64,000 nt of DNA from Sulfobacillus sp. (GTDB taxonomy: Bacteria; Bacillota; Sulfobacillia; Sulfobacillales; Sulfobacillaceae), in assembly GCA_027344105.1 (NCBI GenBank), contig DAHWJO010000001.1:10939-74938 (forward strand), given 5' to 3'. The position numbers and the translations under genes are program-made. The notes below the pieces were generated by a model. It ran no database searches and was not told where the DNA came from. It worked only from the letters and a program-made list of their open reading frames with translations. This document shows positions 1-8,932 of this stretch, one piece after another (position 1 is the first letter of the stretch; every line of letters starts with the position of its first letter).

Positions 1-92
1 TTGTTGGGTCCCCCGGCTCCATACAGGCCGCAGCCGGCTGCAATGACCGTGACTAAAAGAGCTGTGGCTCCCCAAAGCTTTTTACCTGCCAA
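1..92 (-). CDS. Partial (runs off window) putative lipoprotein, N-terminus MAGKKLWGATALLVTVIAAGCGLYGAGGPN
   Basis: Not in ORF track. SD TAAGGAGGT (109-101) 8 nt before TTG at 92; basic N-terminus, hydrophobic core and lipobox AAG-C. Confidence 0.7.
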   Translation of the reverse strand, partial: MAGKKLWGATALLVTVIAAGCGLYGAGGPN

Positions 93-231
93 AGTGAACG
101 ACCTCCTTAATCTGCCGTCTCCCCAGTGCATGGCTGGGAGACGGTGCCAAAATAAAAGCCGGATCCTGGCGACCGATCCTGTCTTGCCTATCGTGTCCGT
201 AAAAATTTTACCTATACTCCTGAAATGGCCG

Positions 232-261
232 GGATAAAGAACACGGTACCGACTCACACTA
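232..261 (+). promoter_or_regulatory. Possible forespore sigma-G/F-type promoter
   Basis: GGATA-N18-CACACTA versus sigG consensus GHATR-N18-CATWHTA, upstream of the 294 ORF. Confidence 0.3.
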
Positions 262-293
262 GCCAGGACGAAAGCATTGGGGGAGGGATACCT

Positions 294-647
294 GTGAACT
301 GGAAGGGCGCCATTTCGCGATTTGTCATGACATTGCTGCTGCTGGAAATTTTTCGCTATACCTTAAGCCTCTTCCCTGCCATCAGCCTTGCGGAGGCGTT
401 GCTCATCGCGGCGCTTGTGGCAGGGATCGGATACTTGGCTGATGAAGTATTCGGGGGCTACATTTCACCGCCAGGGCGGGGATTTGTGGGATTCGTTGTG
501 ACCACTACTATTGTCAGCATTTACTTCACGCATTACGTCTATCCCATTGTGCATACGTTTGCCTATGTGTTTGACTCCATTGCCATTGGTGTGATTGTGG
601 GAGCCACCGACGCGCTGTGGGGATGGGCATATCAGAAAGCGCACTGA
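294..647 (+). CDS. Small 4-TM membrane protein, weakly DUF2512/YndM-like
   Basis: ORF 225..647; better start GTG 294 after SD GGGAGG; four hydrophobic segments. Confidence 0.6.
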   Translation: MNWKGAISRFVMTLLLLEIFRYTLSLFPAISLAEALLIAALVAGIGYLADEVFGGYISPPGRGFVGFVVTTTIVSIYFTHYVYPIVHTFAYVFDSIAIGVIVGATDALWGWAYQKAH

Positions 648-659
648 CCGCAGAGCCTG

Positions 660-1040
660 TCATAGAGGAAAGCCGTGCACCATAGTGCCGCCGAGCGTGC
701 CGGCCCCCAGAATCGCCAAGGTGGCGGCGAGCCACAGGAGCAGAGAGGGCAGGGTATCGCGGTCAAAGTCAAAATAGAGGTAACAGGCCATGAGCCACCA
801 ACTGACGGCAAAAGCGATGTGTAGCCGCAGCACCGGGGGTGCCGCCGACCAGATTAGGGGGGACGCCGCCAAAAGCCCGGTGCCAATGGCCAAAAAGCCT
901 GTGGCAATGCTGAGCAGCAGCCCTAGCTGGATTAAAGCGGCCGGAATGGTTTTGCTGAATATCCGGGCCGTAGCTGTCAGCAGGAAGAGGACAATGGGAA
1001 AGTGAATGATGGCGGGGTGCAGATGTTGAAGAACATGCAC
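660..1040 (-). CDS. DUF2231-family membrane protein
   Basis: LHPAIIHFPIVL motif, conserved His in RLHI, GGTMVHG C-terminus; SD GAAGGAG. Confidence 0.8.
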   Translation of the reverse strand: MHVLQHLHPAIIHFPIVLFLLTATARIFSKTIPAALIQLGLLLSIATGFLAIGTGLLAASPLIWSAAPPVLRLHIAFAVSWWLMACYLYFDFDRDTLPSLLLWLAATLAILGAGTLGGTMVHGFPL

Positions 1041-1175
1041 GGCGATTCTCCTTCGTTGATATCGTTACGGTCAATTTATGTGGAGGCTTCCCGGGGTAGA
1101 CTGCGCTCCCGCGTCCAGTGAGGCAAAAATTCCTGAAATTCAAGGCAGCATGGCGCTCATTGGCCCGGAACACGC

Positions 1176-1204
1176 TTGACACCGGGAAAGGAGTACCCGA
1201 TAAT
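1176..1204 (+). promoter_or_regulatory. sigma-A promoter for rpe-cbbX
   Basis: TTGACA-17bp-GATAAT. Confidence 0.7.
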
Positions 1205-1227
1205 TAGTGAGAAAATTCACAAGGTTG

Positions 1228-1409
1228 ACCCCACGATTGAATTTAGGGGTGAAGACTGCGGGGCAAGACCCCGGCGCCTGCGGCTAAATATCCCGGCGGT
1301 GGGCGGATGTGCATATTCGCAAGCAATGATAGCATTGGGAAAAGGAGGAGCGGGAGAGGCGCTATCCCTCCCCGGCATGGATGCCGGGCTGTCCCGCGAA
1401 ACTGGATGA
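1228..1409 (+). mobile_element. Internally deleted IscB-type IS200/IS605 relic (3' end of iscB plus right-end hairpin)
   Basis: GCG GAT G/T GCA TAT TCG restores the IscB C-terminal ADGYAYS motif with a 4-nt insertion; then ...ALSLPGMDAGLSRETG* over the CCCGGCAT-GG-ATGCCGGG hairpin; degenerate ACCCC..GGGGT hairpin at 1228-1250. Confidence 0.6.
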
Positions 1410-2116
1410 AACCGACTTTAATCGCTCCATCAATTTTATCTGCAGATTTTTCTCGGCTGGGATCTGAAGTGAATGACGTCCTGGCGGGAGGGGCTGACTG
1501 GATTCATATCGACGTCATGGACGGACAGTTCGTGCCTAACATTACGATGGGGCCCGTTATCGTCCAGTCCCTGCGCCCGCAAACATCTGCGCATCTCGAC
1601 GTGCATCTGATGATCGTCCGCCCCGAACAATACATTCCGGATTTTCTCCAAGCTGGAGCGGACAGCATCTCGGTGCACTATGAATCCACACCGCACGTTC
1701 AGCGTGCGCTGGACATGATCCGCAGCGCGGGCAAGATGGCGGGGCTGGCGCTGACGCCTTCCACGCCCTTGAGCGCTGTTGATTGGGTGCTTAAAGACCT
1801 GGACTACGTGCTCATCATGACAGTGAACCCCGGGTTCGGCGGTCAGCGGTATATCCCGGCCATGTCGGATAAGGTGCAAGCACTGCGAATGAAATTGGAC
1901 GCAGCAGGATATCCGGACATTGCGATTGAAGTGGACGGAGGCATCAACCCGGACACGGCTTTTGAGGTCACCCGGGCCGGAGCCGATATTTTAGTGGTGG
2001 GCAGCGCGATTTTCGGGAAAACTGACCGGCTGTCAGCCATCCAGACCATTCAACAGCGAGCGCGCGACGGCCTGCAGGCACGTGGGGCGCAGACTGGATT
2101 GCATACAGGAATCTGA
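1406..2116 (+). CDS. rpe: Ribulose-phosphate 3-epimerase
   Basis: IAPSILSADF, HIDVMDGQFVPN, LDVHLM, IMTVNPGFGGQ, IEVDGG motifs; start moved to ATG 1406. Confidence 0.97.
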   Translation: MKPTLIAPSILSADFSRLGSEVNDVLAGGADWIHIDVMDGQFVPNITMGPVIVQSLRPQTSAHLDVHLMIVRPEQYIPDFLQAGADSISVHYESTPHVQRALDMIRSAGKMAGLALTPSTPLSAVDWVLKDLDYVLIMTVNPGFGGQRYIPAMSDKVQALRMKLDAAGYPDIAIEVDGGINPDTAFEVTRAGADILVVGSAIFGKTDRLSAIQTIQQRARDGLQARGAQTGLHTGI

Positions 2117-2161
2117 GGGGAGGGAGCGTCTAGGGCGGTAAAAGCCTGAGGATGCGCAATC

Positions 2162-3088
2162 GTGATGGAATCTCATGCGGAAAACAAGGTAGAGACGGCA
2201 GCCCTAGACTTCGACACGGTTCTGGGGGAAACGAAAGTCCTGGATATTTTGGGCCAGCTTGACCAAGAATTGGTGGGACTGGTTCCGGTGAAGACCCGGA
2301 TACGGGAGATTGCGGCCTTGCTGCTGGTGGACAAAATGCGCCGCCAACTGGAACTGTCATCGCAGACCCCGTCCTTGCACATGTCGTTTACCGGCAACCC
2401 CGGCACCGGCAAGACGACGGTGGCGATGCGGATGGCGGAAATTCTCCACCGGCTGGGCTATGTGCGCAAAGGCCACATGGTAGCGGTCACGCGCGATGAT
2501 CTGGTGGGTCAGTATATCGGGCACACCGCGCCGAAAACCAAAGAGGTGCTGAAGCGGGCCATGGGCGGGGTGCTCTTTATTGACGAAGCCTATTATCTCT
2601 ACCGGGAAGAAAATGAGCGCGACTATGGGCAGGAGACTATAGAGATCCTCCTGCAAATTATGGAAAATCAGCGCGATGATCTTGTCGTCATCCTTGCCGG
2701 ATATAAAGACCGGATGGACCGGTTCTTCAAGTCTAACCCCGGCATGCGCTCGCGCATTGCCCATCATATCGACTTTCCTGACTACTCGGCGGATGAGTTG
2801 CTGCTGATAGCCGAGCTGATGCTCGAAGACCAGCACTACAGGCTGAGCCCGGATGCCCGCACGGCGTTTCGCGCCTATCTGGAAAAGCGCATGGCCATGC
2901 CCAACTTCGCGAATGCGCGCAGTATCCGCAATGCTCTGGACCGCGCGCGCCTGCGGCAGGCCAACCGCCTGTTTGCCAGGGGCGGCCGGGTCCAGAAGGA
3001 AGACCTGATCACGATCCAGCCCCAAGATATTCTGGCGAGCCGCGTATTCAGCCAGGGAGTCCCAGACCAGGATCCAGCTCTGGGTTAA
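2162..3088 (+). CDS. cbbX: CbbX AAA+ ATPase (red-type Rubisco activase)
   Basis: [65 protein letters not shown]. Confidence 0.93.
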   Translation: MMESHAENKVETAALDFDTVLGETKVLDILGQLDQELVGLVPVKTRIREIAALLLVDKMRRQLELSSQTPSLHMSFTGNPGTGKTTVAMRMAEILHRLGYVRKGHMVAVTRDDLVGQYIGHTAPKTKEVLKRAMGGVLFIDEAYYLYREENERDYGQETIEILLQIMENQRDDLVVILAGYKDRMDRFFKSNPGMRSRIAHHIDFPDYSADELLLIAELMLEDQHYRLSPDARTAFRAYLEKRMAMPNFANARSIRNALDRARLRQANRLFARGGRVQKEDLITIQPQDILASRVFSQGVPDQDPALG

Positions 3089-3171
3089 CGGGAAACTCTT
3101 GAGGCGGCGGTTTCCTAAGGGAGCCGGAGTGCTGGCATGCGCACTCCGGCTCCCTTGCCGCGTCTAAGCGG

Positions 3172-3531
3172 CTACCGGCCAATCCACCACAAGGTGGCTA
3201 ATGCCAGCGCGTCTATGCTGAGCACGGCGAGCATGCCGGGCAGCTGGCCGAACATCCCACCTATGGCAAGCAGGGGAATGGAAATGCCCATCAAGGCGAA
3301 TACGGCCAGCCACAGGGCGAGAGGGTGGGGTTTTCGGGCGATGCGGCGCGCTTGCCGCAGCCACCGGCGCATTTGCGCGGGAGAGAGGCGGGAAAAAGCA
3401 GACAGTCCCGCATCGGTGTCGGCTCTCTGGATGGCGGCTGTCACTTGCTCGATCCACTCGTCGTCATATTCCGGGCCAAGGTCCCGGGCGGAGTGGAGAA
3501 AGACCCGCAGGTCATCGGAACTTAGAGGCAT
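3172..3531 (-). CDS. Hypothetical small membrane protein with C-terminal TM hairpin
   Basis: 119 aa, ARDLGPEYDDE N-terminal motif, two C-terminal TM helices, SD GGTGA. Confidence 0.7.
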   Translation of the reverse strand: MPLSSDDLRVFLHSARDLGPEYDDEWIEQVTAAIQRADTDAGLSAFSRLSPAQMRRWLRQARRIARKPHPLALWLAVFALMGISIPLLAIGGMFGQLPGMLAVLSIDALALATLWWIGR

Positions 3532-3822
3532 GGTTTCACCAGTCCTTCTGCAGGCCTGAGAGTTTGCGCCTGAATCGCCAAAATGCTGCCTGTCACCTCA
3601 TTGTATGCCACCATTCGAGGAATGTCATGAACGGGCCAGCATGTTGTGGTGAAATGTGTTTCTCGTGGAAAGACGGCTCTTTGCATCGGAAGTAAGGCGG
3701 TGTGCTGGGGCCCGCCCGTCACTTGTTTGGGATCCCCGCCTATTTTCCTATGAAGTCCGGCTATTGGTGATGTGGAGCGGGAAGGGCACATAAGCATGAG
3801 GAGATAGGGGGGATAATGAGAT

Positions 3823-4329
3823 ATGGATTCCGATGGCAGGCGGCTGGCGCGGCTTCCTCAAACATACCGGGACTACACGGTAGGCCTTGTGCGGTGGCAG
3901 GAGATTGGGCAACTGGCCAGACTCGAAAAAGTCGTGTTTCCCGAACCGATGAGCATCATGGAAGTCAGCCACAAAGTTTTGTCGGCACGCTCGGTGTTCA
4001 TCGCGGTGAGGGACTCATCCCGCGTCGTCGCGTATTGCGCCTTTGAAGTCTTTGGGCGATACGCGCATATCGTTGATAATGTCACTCATCCCTCATATCA
4101 AGGTCAAGGATTGGGCCAATTTGTAGTAACGGCGGTGGAACCGTTGGCCCAGGCGCGCGGGGCTGTAGGGTTTCTCGGCGAAGTGCGGCGTTCCAACACT
4201 GTACAATTGCATGTTGTTGAGAAGATTGGCTGGCAGCGGGTCACCTTGATGCCCCACTTCTTCGGCAACGGTGAAGACGCATACCTTGTTTGGAAGAGCT
4301 TTCCCATGCCAGGCCCTGGCGACCCGTAA
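3823..4329 (+). CDS. GNAT N-acetyltransferase (RimI-like)
   Basis: VTHPSYQGQGLGQ acetyl-CoA motif, EVRRSN, FF.NGEDAYL. Confidence 0.85.
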   Translation: MDSDGRRLARLPQTYRDYTVGLVRWQEIGQLARLEKVVFPEPMSIMEVSHKVLSARSVFIAVRDSSRVVAYCAFEVFGRYAHIVDNVTHPSYQGQGLGQFVVTAVEPLAQARGAVGFLGEVRRSNTVQLHVVEKIGWQRVTLMPHFFGNGEDAYLVWKSFPMPGPGDP

Positions 4330-4330
4330 C

Positions 4331-5786
4331 CTACGACTTCGCAGCCAACAGCCGCGCGGCTAAGGAGAGTCCCCTATCCATTCCAAAAGTGCCTAGCAGG
4401 AGCAGTGTGCCGCGCGGTGGCAGACGGTCCACTGCTGCCGCGATGGCTTCCGGCAGTTGGTGGTACAGTGTGCAAGCAAGGCCCAGCTGACGGGACCGGT
4501 TCATAAAGGCTGCGAGTTCTTCCGGGCGCGCCAGGTAGTCTGCCCCTAAATGCTCAACGTCGGAGTCGCTTGTTGTCACGATGACCGGCGCATAGTGCAA
4601 CGACAGGTCTCACTCAGCTAAGACCTCGGCTCTGCCCCGCGGTTTCCGCGAATGGCCGTCACCACTACTAGCGGCTGGTCAATGGCTTCCATGGTGCGCA
4701 TGACCGCGTCATAACTGCCCCGGTTCATGGCAACGTCACTGATTACGGTGTATTGTCCCATAACCAGTGTTTGCAGCCGGCGTTCGGCAGGACGGAATGA
4801 CTCCAAAGCAACTTTCGATGCAAGGGGAGGGACGCCATAGCTCCAGGCAATGCCCATGGCGGCGAGCGCATTGGAAACATTGTGCAGCCCAGGCAAGGGC
4901 AAACGGACAGTGGCCACGGAGGTCCGCCCCATGAACACGCGAAACTGCGTAGATGTTGGACCGACTTGAAGAATCTCAGCCCTGAGTTGAGCTGCCGGAG
5001 AGAGCCCATATAATATCGCGTCAGCCGCGGAGTCTCGTGCAAATTCCCTGACTGCTGCATCGTCAGCGTTCAGCAGCACGATGCTGTGAGAAGAAAGAGA
5101 CTGGACAAATGCTCTTTTTACCGCACGGTAGGCTCCAAAGTCACCGTGAAAGTCCAGGTGGTCGGGGGTCACGTTGGTCACCGCTGCCGCAGCAAACTCC
5201 AGGCCACCGATCCGGTTCAGGGCAATGGCATGCGAGGATACCTCCAAGATCGCATCCGTTGCCCCCCGCTCCGCTGCCGCCCGCAAAAATCTATGGATAT
5301 GCGGCGCTTCGGGAGTGGTCATGGAAGGGCGGTGGGCCGGGCCTGCTCCTTCCACCGCGTTGGTGCTCCAAAAAGCGACCGTCTGCCCCTAAGTACGCAG
5401 CATGGCGGCCAGCATGTAGACCGTCGTAGTTTTGCCGTTAGTGCCCGTGATTCCTGCCAGCCGAAGTTGGCGCGCCGGATGTTGGTAGAGCCGGGCCGCG
5501 ATCTCAGGCAGAACAGCACGGGGCTCGGCTACAGCCAGGCCGGCAAGGCGGGGGGGAGTGAGAAGGAATGTGACGGCATTTCAGGCATCAAAACAGCATG
5601 GGCGCCGTTGGCCGCGGCTTCCGCTACATAGTCGGCTCCACAGTGATGTTGGCCCGACAAATCTACAAAGAGGCTGCCAGGGACAGCCTGCCGTGAATCC
5701 CAACAGATATCCGTGATGGTGGCACTGGACCAAGGTCCAAAGCGTTGTCCTGGAATTCCTGCGGTCAACTCGGCCAACGTCGTCAT
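4331..5786 (-). pseudogene. Decayed MurE-like Mur ligase
   Basis: DSRQAVPGSLFV, GITGTNGKTTT, EVSSHAIAL, TNVTPDHLDFH motifs; broken by frameshift ~5531, in-frame TAG 5391-5389, frameshift ~4625, TGA 4612-4610. Confidence 0.9.
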
Positions 5787-6083
5787 GAAAAGATCGCCTC
5801 CTAAATAGCGGTGCGCGTGTAAGAGCACGCCTCAACCAGACAGTGGCATCATATCCTCGGAGGAATCACCCGGTGCTTGCCCTCACGGTCAGGGACTGGC
5901 TCCATATAATGGAATGGCGGGGCAGGCAGTGGCGCGGAAGGCGGACTATTCCAAAGCACCGTGGCGGGTGGTGCGCGAATACTCGTGTGCCGTGTCCCTG
6001 TGATGTGCGCGATCCGGATAAGGACTTTGGCCATAAAGTAGATCCCGCGACTGAGCAGGTTCTTCTATTATCTTCTGCTGCCG

Positions 6084-6112
6084 TTGACACGTCACAGCAA
6101 GTATGATAAAAT
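6084..6112 (+). promoter_or_regulatory. sigma-A promoter of rpmG-secE
   Basis: TTGACA-17bp-TAAAAT with extended TGn. Confidence 0.85.
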
Positions 6113-6140
6113 CCTTCCGCATGAGTGGGAGGTAAACGAC

Positions 6141-6290
6141 ATGCGTACAATCATTACATTGGCGTGCTCAGATTGCAAACGACGCAATTACACGACGACC
6201 AAGAACAAGAAGAATGACCCCAATCGGCTGGAACGCCGGAAATACTGTCGGTGGTGCCGGACCCATACTGTTCATCGCGAAACGCGATAG
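6141..6290 (+). CDS. rpmG: 50S ribosomal protein L33 (Zn-binding form)
   Basis: [17 protein letters not shown]...[13 protein letters not shown]; SD GGAGGT. Confidence 0.97.
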   Translation: MRTIITLACSDCKRRNYTTTKNKKNDPNRLERRKYCRWCRTHTVHRETR

Positions 6291-6317
6291 GTTTCCGGAC
6301 TCGCAGAAATGGGGAAA

Positions 6318-6536
6318 ATGATGGAAGCAAAGGGCAAAACCACCGTATCGACTGCTGACCGGTCCCGCCGCTATCTCCGCGAGGTCCGGTTTGAATTGAA
6401 AAAAGTGGTGTGGCCCACGCCACGCCAGACTTTGTCGTATACAGGGTTCGTGGTGTCTTTTTCTTTACTTGTCGCGCTCATTATCATGGGGCTCGATGCC
6501 CTGTTCAATCTGGGGCTGAACCATTTCGTTCGCTAG
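6318..6536 (+). CDS. secE: Preprotein translocase SecE
   Basis: ELKKVVWPT motif plus TM helix; synteny. Confidence 0.95.
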   Translation: MMEAKGKTTVSTADRSRRYLREVRFELKKVVWPTPRQTLSYTGFVVSFSLLVALIIMGLDALFNLGLNHFVR

Positions 6537-6608
6537 TACAAGCGCCTTGGAGGCCTTACCCTGACGCCGGCTTGGCGCATTTTTTTGTGAGGGAAGGCGG
6601 CTAGTACA

Positions 6609-7139
6609 GTGGAGAAAAGCTGGTACGTGATACACACCTACTCGGGGTATGAGAACAAAGTGAAGGCAAACCTTGAGAAGCGTGTGGAATCTATGAACAT
6701 GGGGGACAAAATCTTCCGGATTATGGTCCCCATGGAAGAAGAGCTTGAAGTGAAAGACGGCAAGAAGAAGCTCGTGAAGAAAAAGGTTTTTCCGGGCTAT
6801 GTCATGGTGGAGATGATCATGACAGATGATTCTTGGTATGTCGTCCGCAATACGCCTGGGGTTACAGGATTTGTGGGCTCAGGGACTCGGCCGATTCCTT
6901 TGCTCGAGCATGAGATTCACATGATTCTGGGGAGCGACCTGTCGGGAGTGCCTGAATTGCCGAAGATCAACTTGGCGGTAGGCCAGGCGGTTACGGTGAC
7001 CGAGGGCCCCTTCGAAGGATTTTCTGGGCGTATTGAAGAAGTCTTGGCCGACCGCGGCAAGGTGCGCGTGACGGTTTCGATGTTTGGACGGGAAACCCCG
7101 CTTGAGGTGGATTATGCCCAAGTGGCCGAAATTGAGTAA
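6609..7139 (+). CDS. nusG: Transcription factor NusG
   Basis: WYVIHTYSGYE, FPGYV, VRNTPGVTGFVG, KOW domain. Confidence 0.98.
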   Translation: MEKSWYVIHTYSGYENKVKANLEKRVESMNMGDKIFRIMVPMEEELEVKDGKKKLVKKKVFPGYVMVEMIMTDDSWYVVRNTPGVTGFVGSGTRPIPLLEHEIHMILGSDLSGVPELPKINLAVGQAVTVTEGPFEGFSGRIEEVLADRGKVRVTVSMFGRETPLEVDYAQVAEIE

Positions 7140-7155
7140 GAAATGAGGGGAAATC

Positions 7156-7581
7156 GTGCCAAAGAAAGTTAGTGCGGTGATCAAGCTGCAGATTCCAGCT
7201 GGCAAGGCGACGCCCGCACCGCCGGTAGGGCCTGCGCTGGGGCAGCATGGCGTGAATATCATGGCGTTCGTCAAAGATTACAATGAACGCACCCAAGCAC
7301 AGGTGGGCCTGATTATTCCTGTGGAAATCACTGTCTATGAAGACCGGTCCTTTACCTTTGTGACCAAAACTCCGCCGGCAGCCATCTTGATTAAAAAGGC
7401 TCTGGGTCTGGAAAGCGGATCTGCCACGCCCAATACCCAAAAGGTGGGCACCCTGACGCGTGATCAGGTGCGGCAGATTGCGGAGACGAAAATGCCCGAC
7501 TTGAACGCGACCACGATCGAAGCCGCAATGCGGATGATTGAGGGAACGGCGCGCAGCATGGGCGTGGAAGTTGCCGATTAA
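7156..7581 (+). CDS. rplK: 50S ribosomal protein L11
   Basis: [14 protein letters not shown]. Confidence 0.98.
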   Translation: MPKKVSAVIKLQIPAGKATPAPPVGPALGQHGVNIMAFVKDYNERTQAQVGLIIPVEITVYEDRSFTFVTKTPPAAILIKKALGLESGSATPNTQKVGTLTRDQVRQIAETKMPDLNATTIEAAMRMIEGTARSMGVEVAD

Positions 7582-7587
7582 AGCTTC

Positions 7588-7615
7588 GTGGGAGGCTACC
7601 AAGCCGCTGTACCAC
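7588..7615 (+). promoter_or_regulatory. L1-binding autogenous control site before rplA
   Basis: GTGGGAGGC-taccaa-GCCGCtgtACCAC next to the SD; matches the Bacillota rplK-rplA L1 target pattern (GUGG/CCAC and GGC/GCC stems). Confidence 0.75.
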
Positions 7616-7629
7616 AAGGAGGGTTTAGA

Positions 7630-8328
7630 GTGAGTCTAGGAAAACGATATGCAGAAGCAAACAGTCAGATTGAAAAAGGCCGTCTCTATGATGCCATTGC
7701 CGCCATACAGCTAGCCAAAGACACCGCGCATGCCAAATTCGACGAAACCGTTGAGGTGGCCATCCGTCTCGGAGTGGACCCGCGTCACTCGGACCAGGTT
7801 GTGCGGGGTGCTGTCGTGCTCCCTCAGGGCATTGGCAAAACTCAGCGTGTGGCAGTATTTGCCAAAGGCGAAAAGGCCAAGGAAGCTGAAGAGGCTGGCG
7901 CCGACGTGGTGGGCGCCGAGGATTTGGCGGAACGGGTGCAGGGAGGGTGGACGGACTTTGATGTGGCCGTCGCCACCCCGGATATTATGGCGCTTGTGGG
8001 GCGTTTGGGAAAGATTCTCGGCCCCAAGGGTCTGATGCCTAACCCCAAGACTGGGACGGTCACTTTTGATGTAGCGACCGCTGTCAAGGAGATCAAGGCC
8101 GGTAAAATCGAGTTCCGGACCGAGAAAGCGGGAATTGTCCATGCTCCTATCGGGAAAGCGAGCTTTGCTCCGGAGCAGCTCGAGGAAAACCTGGCGGTAC
8201 TGGTCGACGCGCTGAACAAGGCCCGCCCGACTACGGCCAAAGGTGTCTACCTGAAGTCGATTACCATCTCCACGACGATGGGCCCGGGAATCCGCGTCAA
8301 CCCGCAGTCCGCCCAGCGTGCCATTTAG
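7630..8328 (+). CDS. rplA: 50S ribosomal protein L1
   Basis: [28 protein letters not shown]; start GTG 7630. Confidence 0.98.
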   Translation: MSLGKRYAEANSQIEKGRLYDAIAAIQLAKDTAHAKFDETVEVAIRLGVDPRHSDQVVRGAVVLPQGIGKTQRVAVFAKGEKAKEAEEAGADVVGAEDLAERVQGGWTDFDVAVATPDIMALVGRLGKILGPKGLMPNPKTGTVTFDVATAVKEIKAGKIEFRTEKAGIVHAPIGKASFAPEQLEENLAVLVDALNKARPTTAKGVYLKSITISTTMGPGIRVNPQSAQRAI

Positions 8329-8355
8329 CCAGGCGAGAACGTTCTGCTGCACCAT

Positions 8356-8390
8356 CCAAGAAGCTCCGGCACATTGCCGGAGCTTCTTGG
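8356..8390. terminator. Perfect 16-bp inverted repeat after rplA
   Basis: CCAAGAAGCTCCGGCA-cat-TGCCGGAGCTTCTTGG; no U-tract. Confidence 0.65.
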
Positions 8391-8567
8391 GCATTGTTGA
8401 GGCCGGTGGGATCTTTTGCTGGCCATTTATCTCCCCTCAGGCGTCCTTCGCCACCGTTCGGCGGTGCTCTATGCTATATTGCAAATAATAGGCGGCCAAT
8501 GCTGCAACCTTTTCCTGTTTGCGGGACTGTGTTTGGCCGCAACCCGGAAACTTAAGGAGGAGTGCTC

Positions 8568-8744
8568 ATGCGTGAGCTCGTTAAACTGGCGGCAGTGCTG
8601 GGATCCGTTCTGGCTATCGTGGGGGGAGGGCGCACCGAGCATTTTCACCACATCCTGCAAGGGCTTATCATGGTGTCTGCCGGGATCATCCTCCTGAGCG
8701 TGGCCACGGGGGCGACGACGATGCCTAGATCACCGGAGACCTGA
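8568..8744 (+). CDS. Hypothetical 58-aa two-TM membrane protein
   Basis: Strong SD AAGGAGG 7 nt before ATG 8568; two hydrophobic helices flanking EHFHH. Confidence 0.6.
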   Translation: MRELVKLAAVLGSVLAIVGGGRTEHFHHILQGLIMVSAGIILLSVATGATTMPRSPET

Positions 8745-8764
8745 AAGTCTTCCGCGAAAAATTG

Positions 8765-8793
8765 TTGATTTTTCACGGGCTTCGTGGTACCTT
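8765..8793 (+). promoter_or_regulatory. sigma-A promoter of rplJL
   Basis: TTGATT-17bp-TACCTT with TGn. Confidence 0.55.
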
Positions 8794-8797
8794 TATT

Positions 8798-8913
8798 GCC
8801 GAACCCAAGACAGTGGGTGCCGGTCTCGGCTCAATATCCCGCTTAGGTAGAATTTCGGAGATGTTTTTTTGCTGAGCATATCCTCTGCCGTTCTTGGGTG
8901 GAGGTATTTTTTT
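8798..8913 (+). promoter_or_regulatory. L10 leader with attenuator
   Basis: AAGACAGTGGG..TCAATATCCCGCTTAGGT core; ACCCAAGA can pair with TCTTGGGT; terminator stem CCTCTGCC/GGTGGAGG followed by a T-run. Confidence 0.8.
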
Positions 8914-8932
8914 GTTTAAGGGGGGTGAATGT

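Noticed and set aside
2162-3088. Alternative call as SpoVK/EccA AAA+ ATPase
   Set aside because: CbbX-specific YYLYR..NERDYG and SRIAHH motifs plus linkage to rpe favour CbbX.
4610-5391. In-frame TAG and TGA in the MurE-like gene as pyrrolysine/selenocysteine recoding
   Set aside because: Two frameshifts accompany them, the stops are not at catalytic Cys positions, and no SECIS-like hairpin was noted; decay is simpler.
5849-6034. 61-aa Pro-rich minus-strand ORF and the overlapping 87-aa plus ORF
   Set aside because: No SD and no recognisable motif; likely intergenic/promoter DNA.
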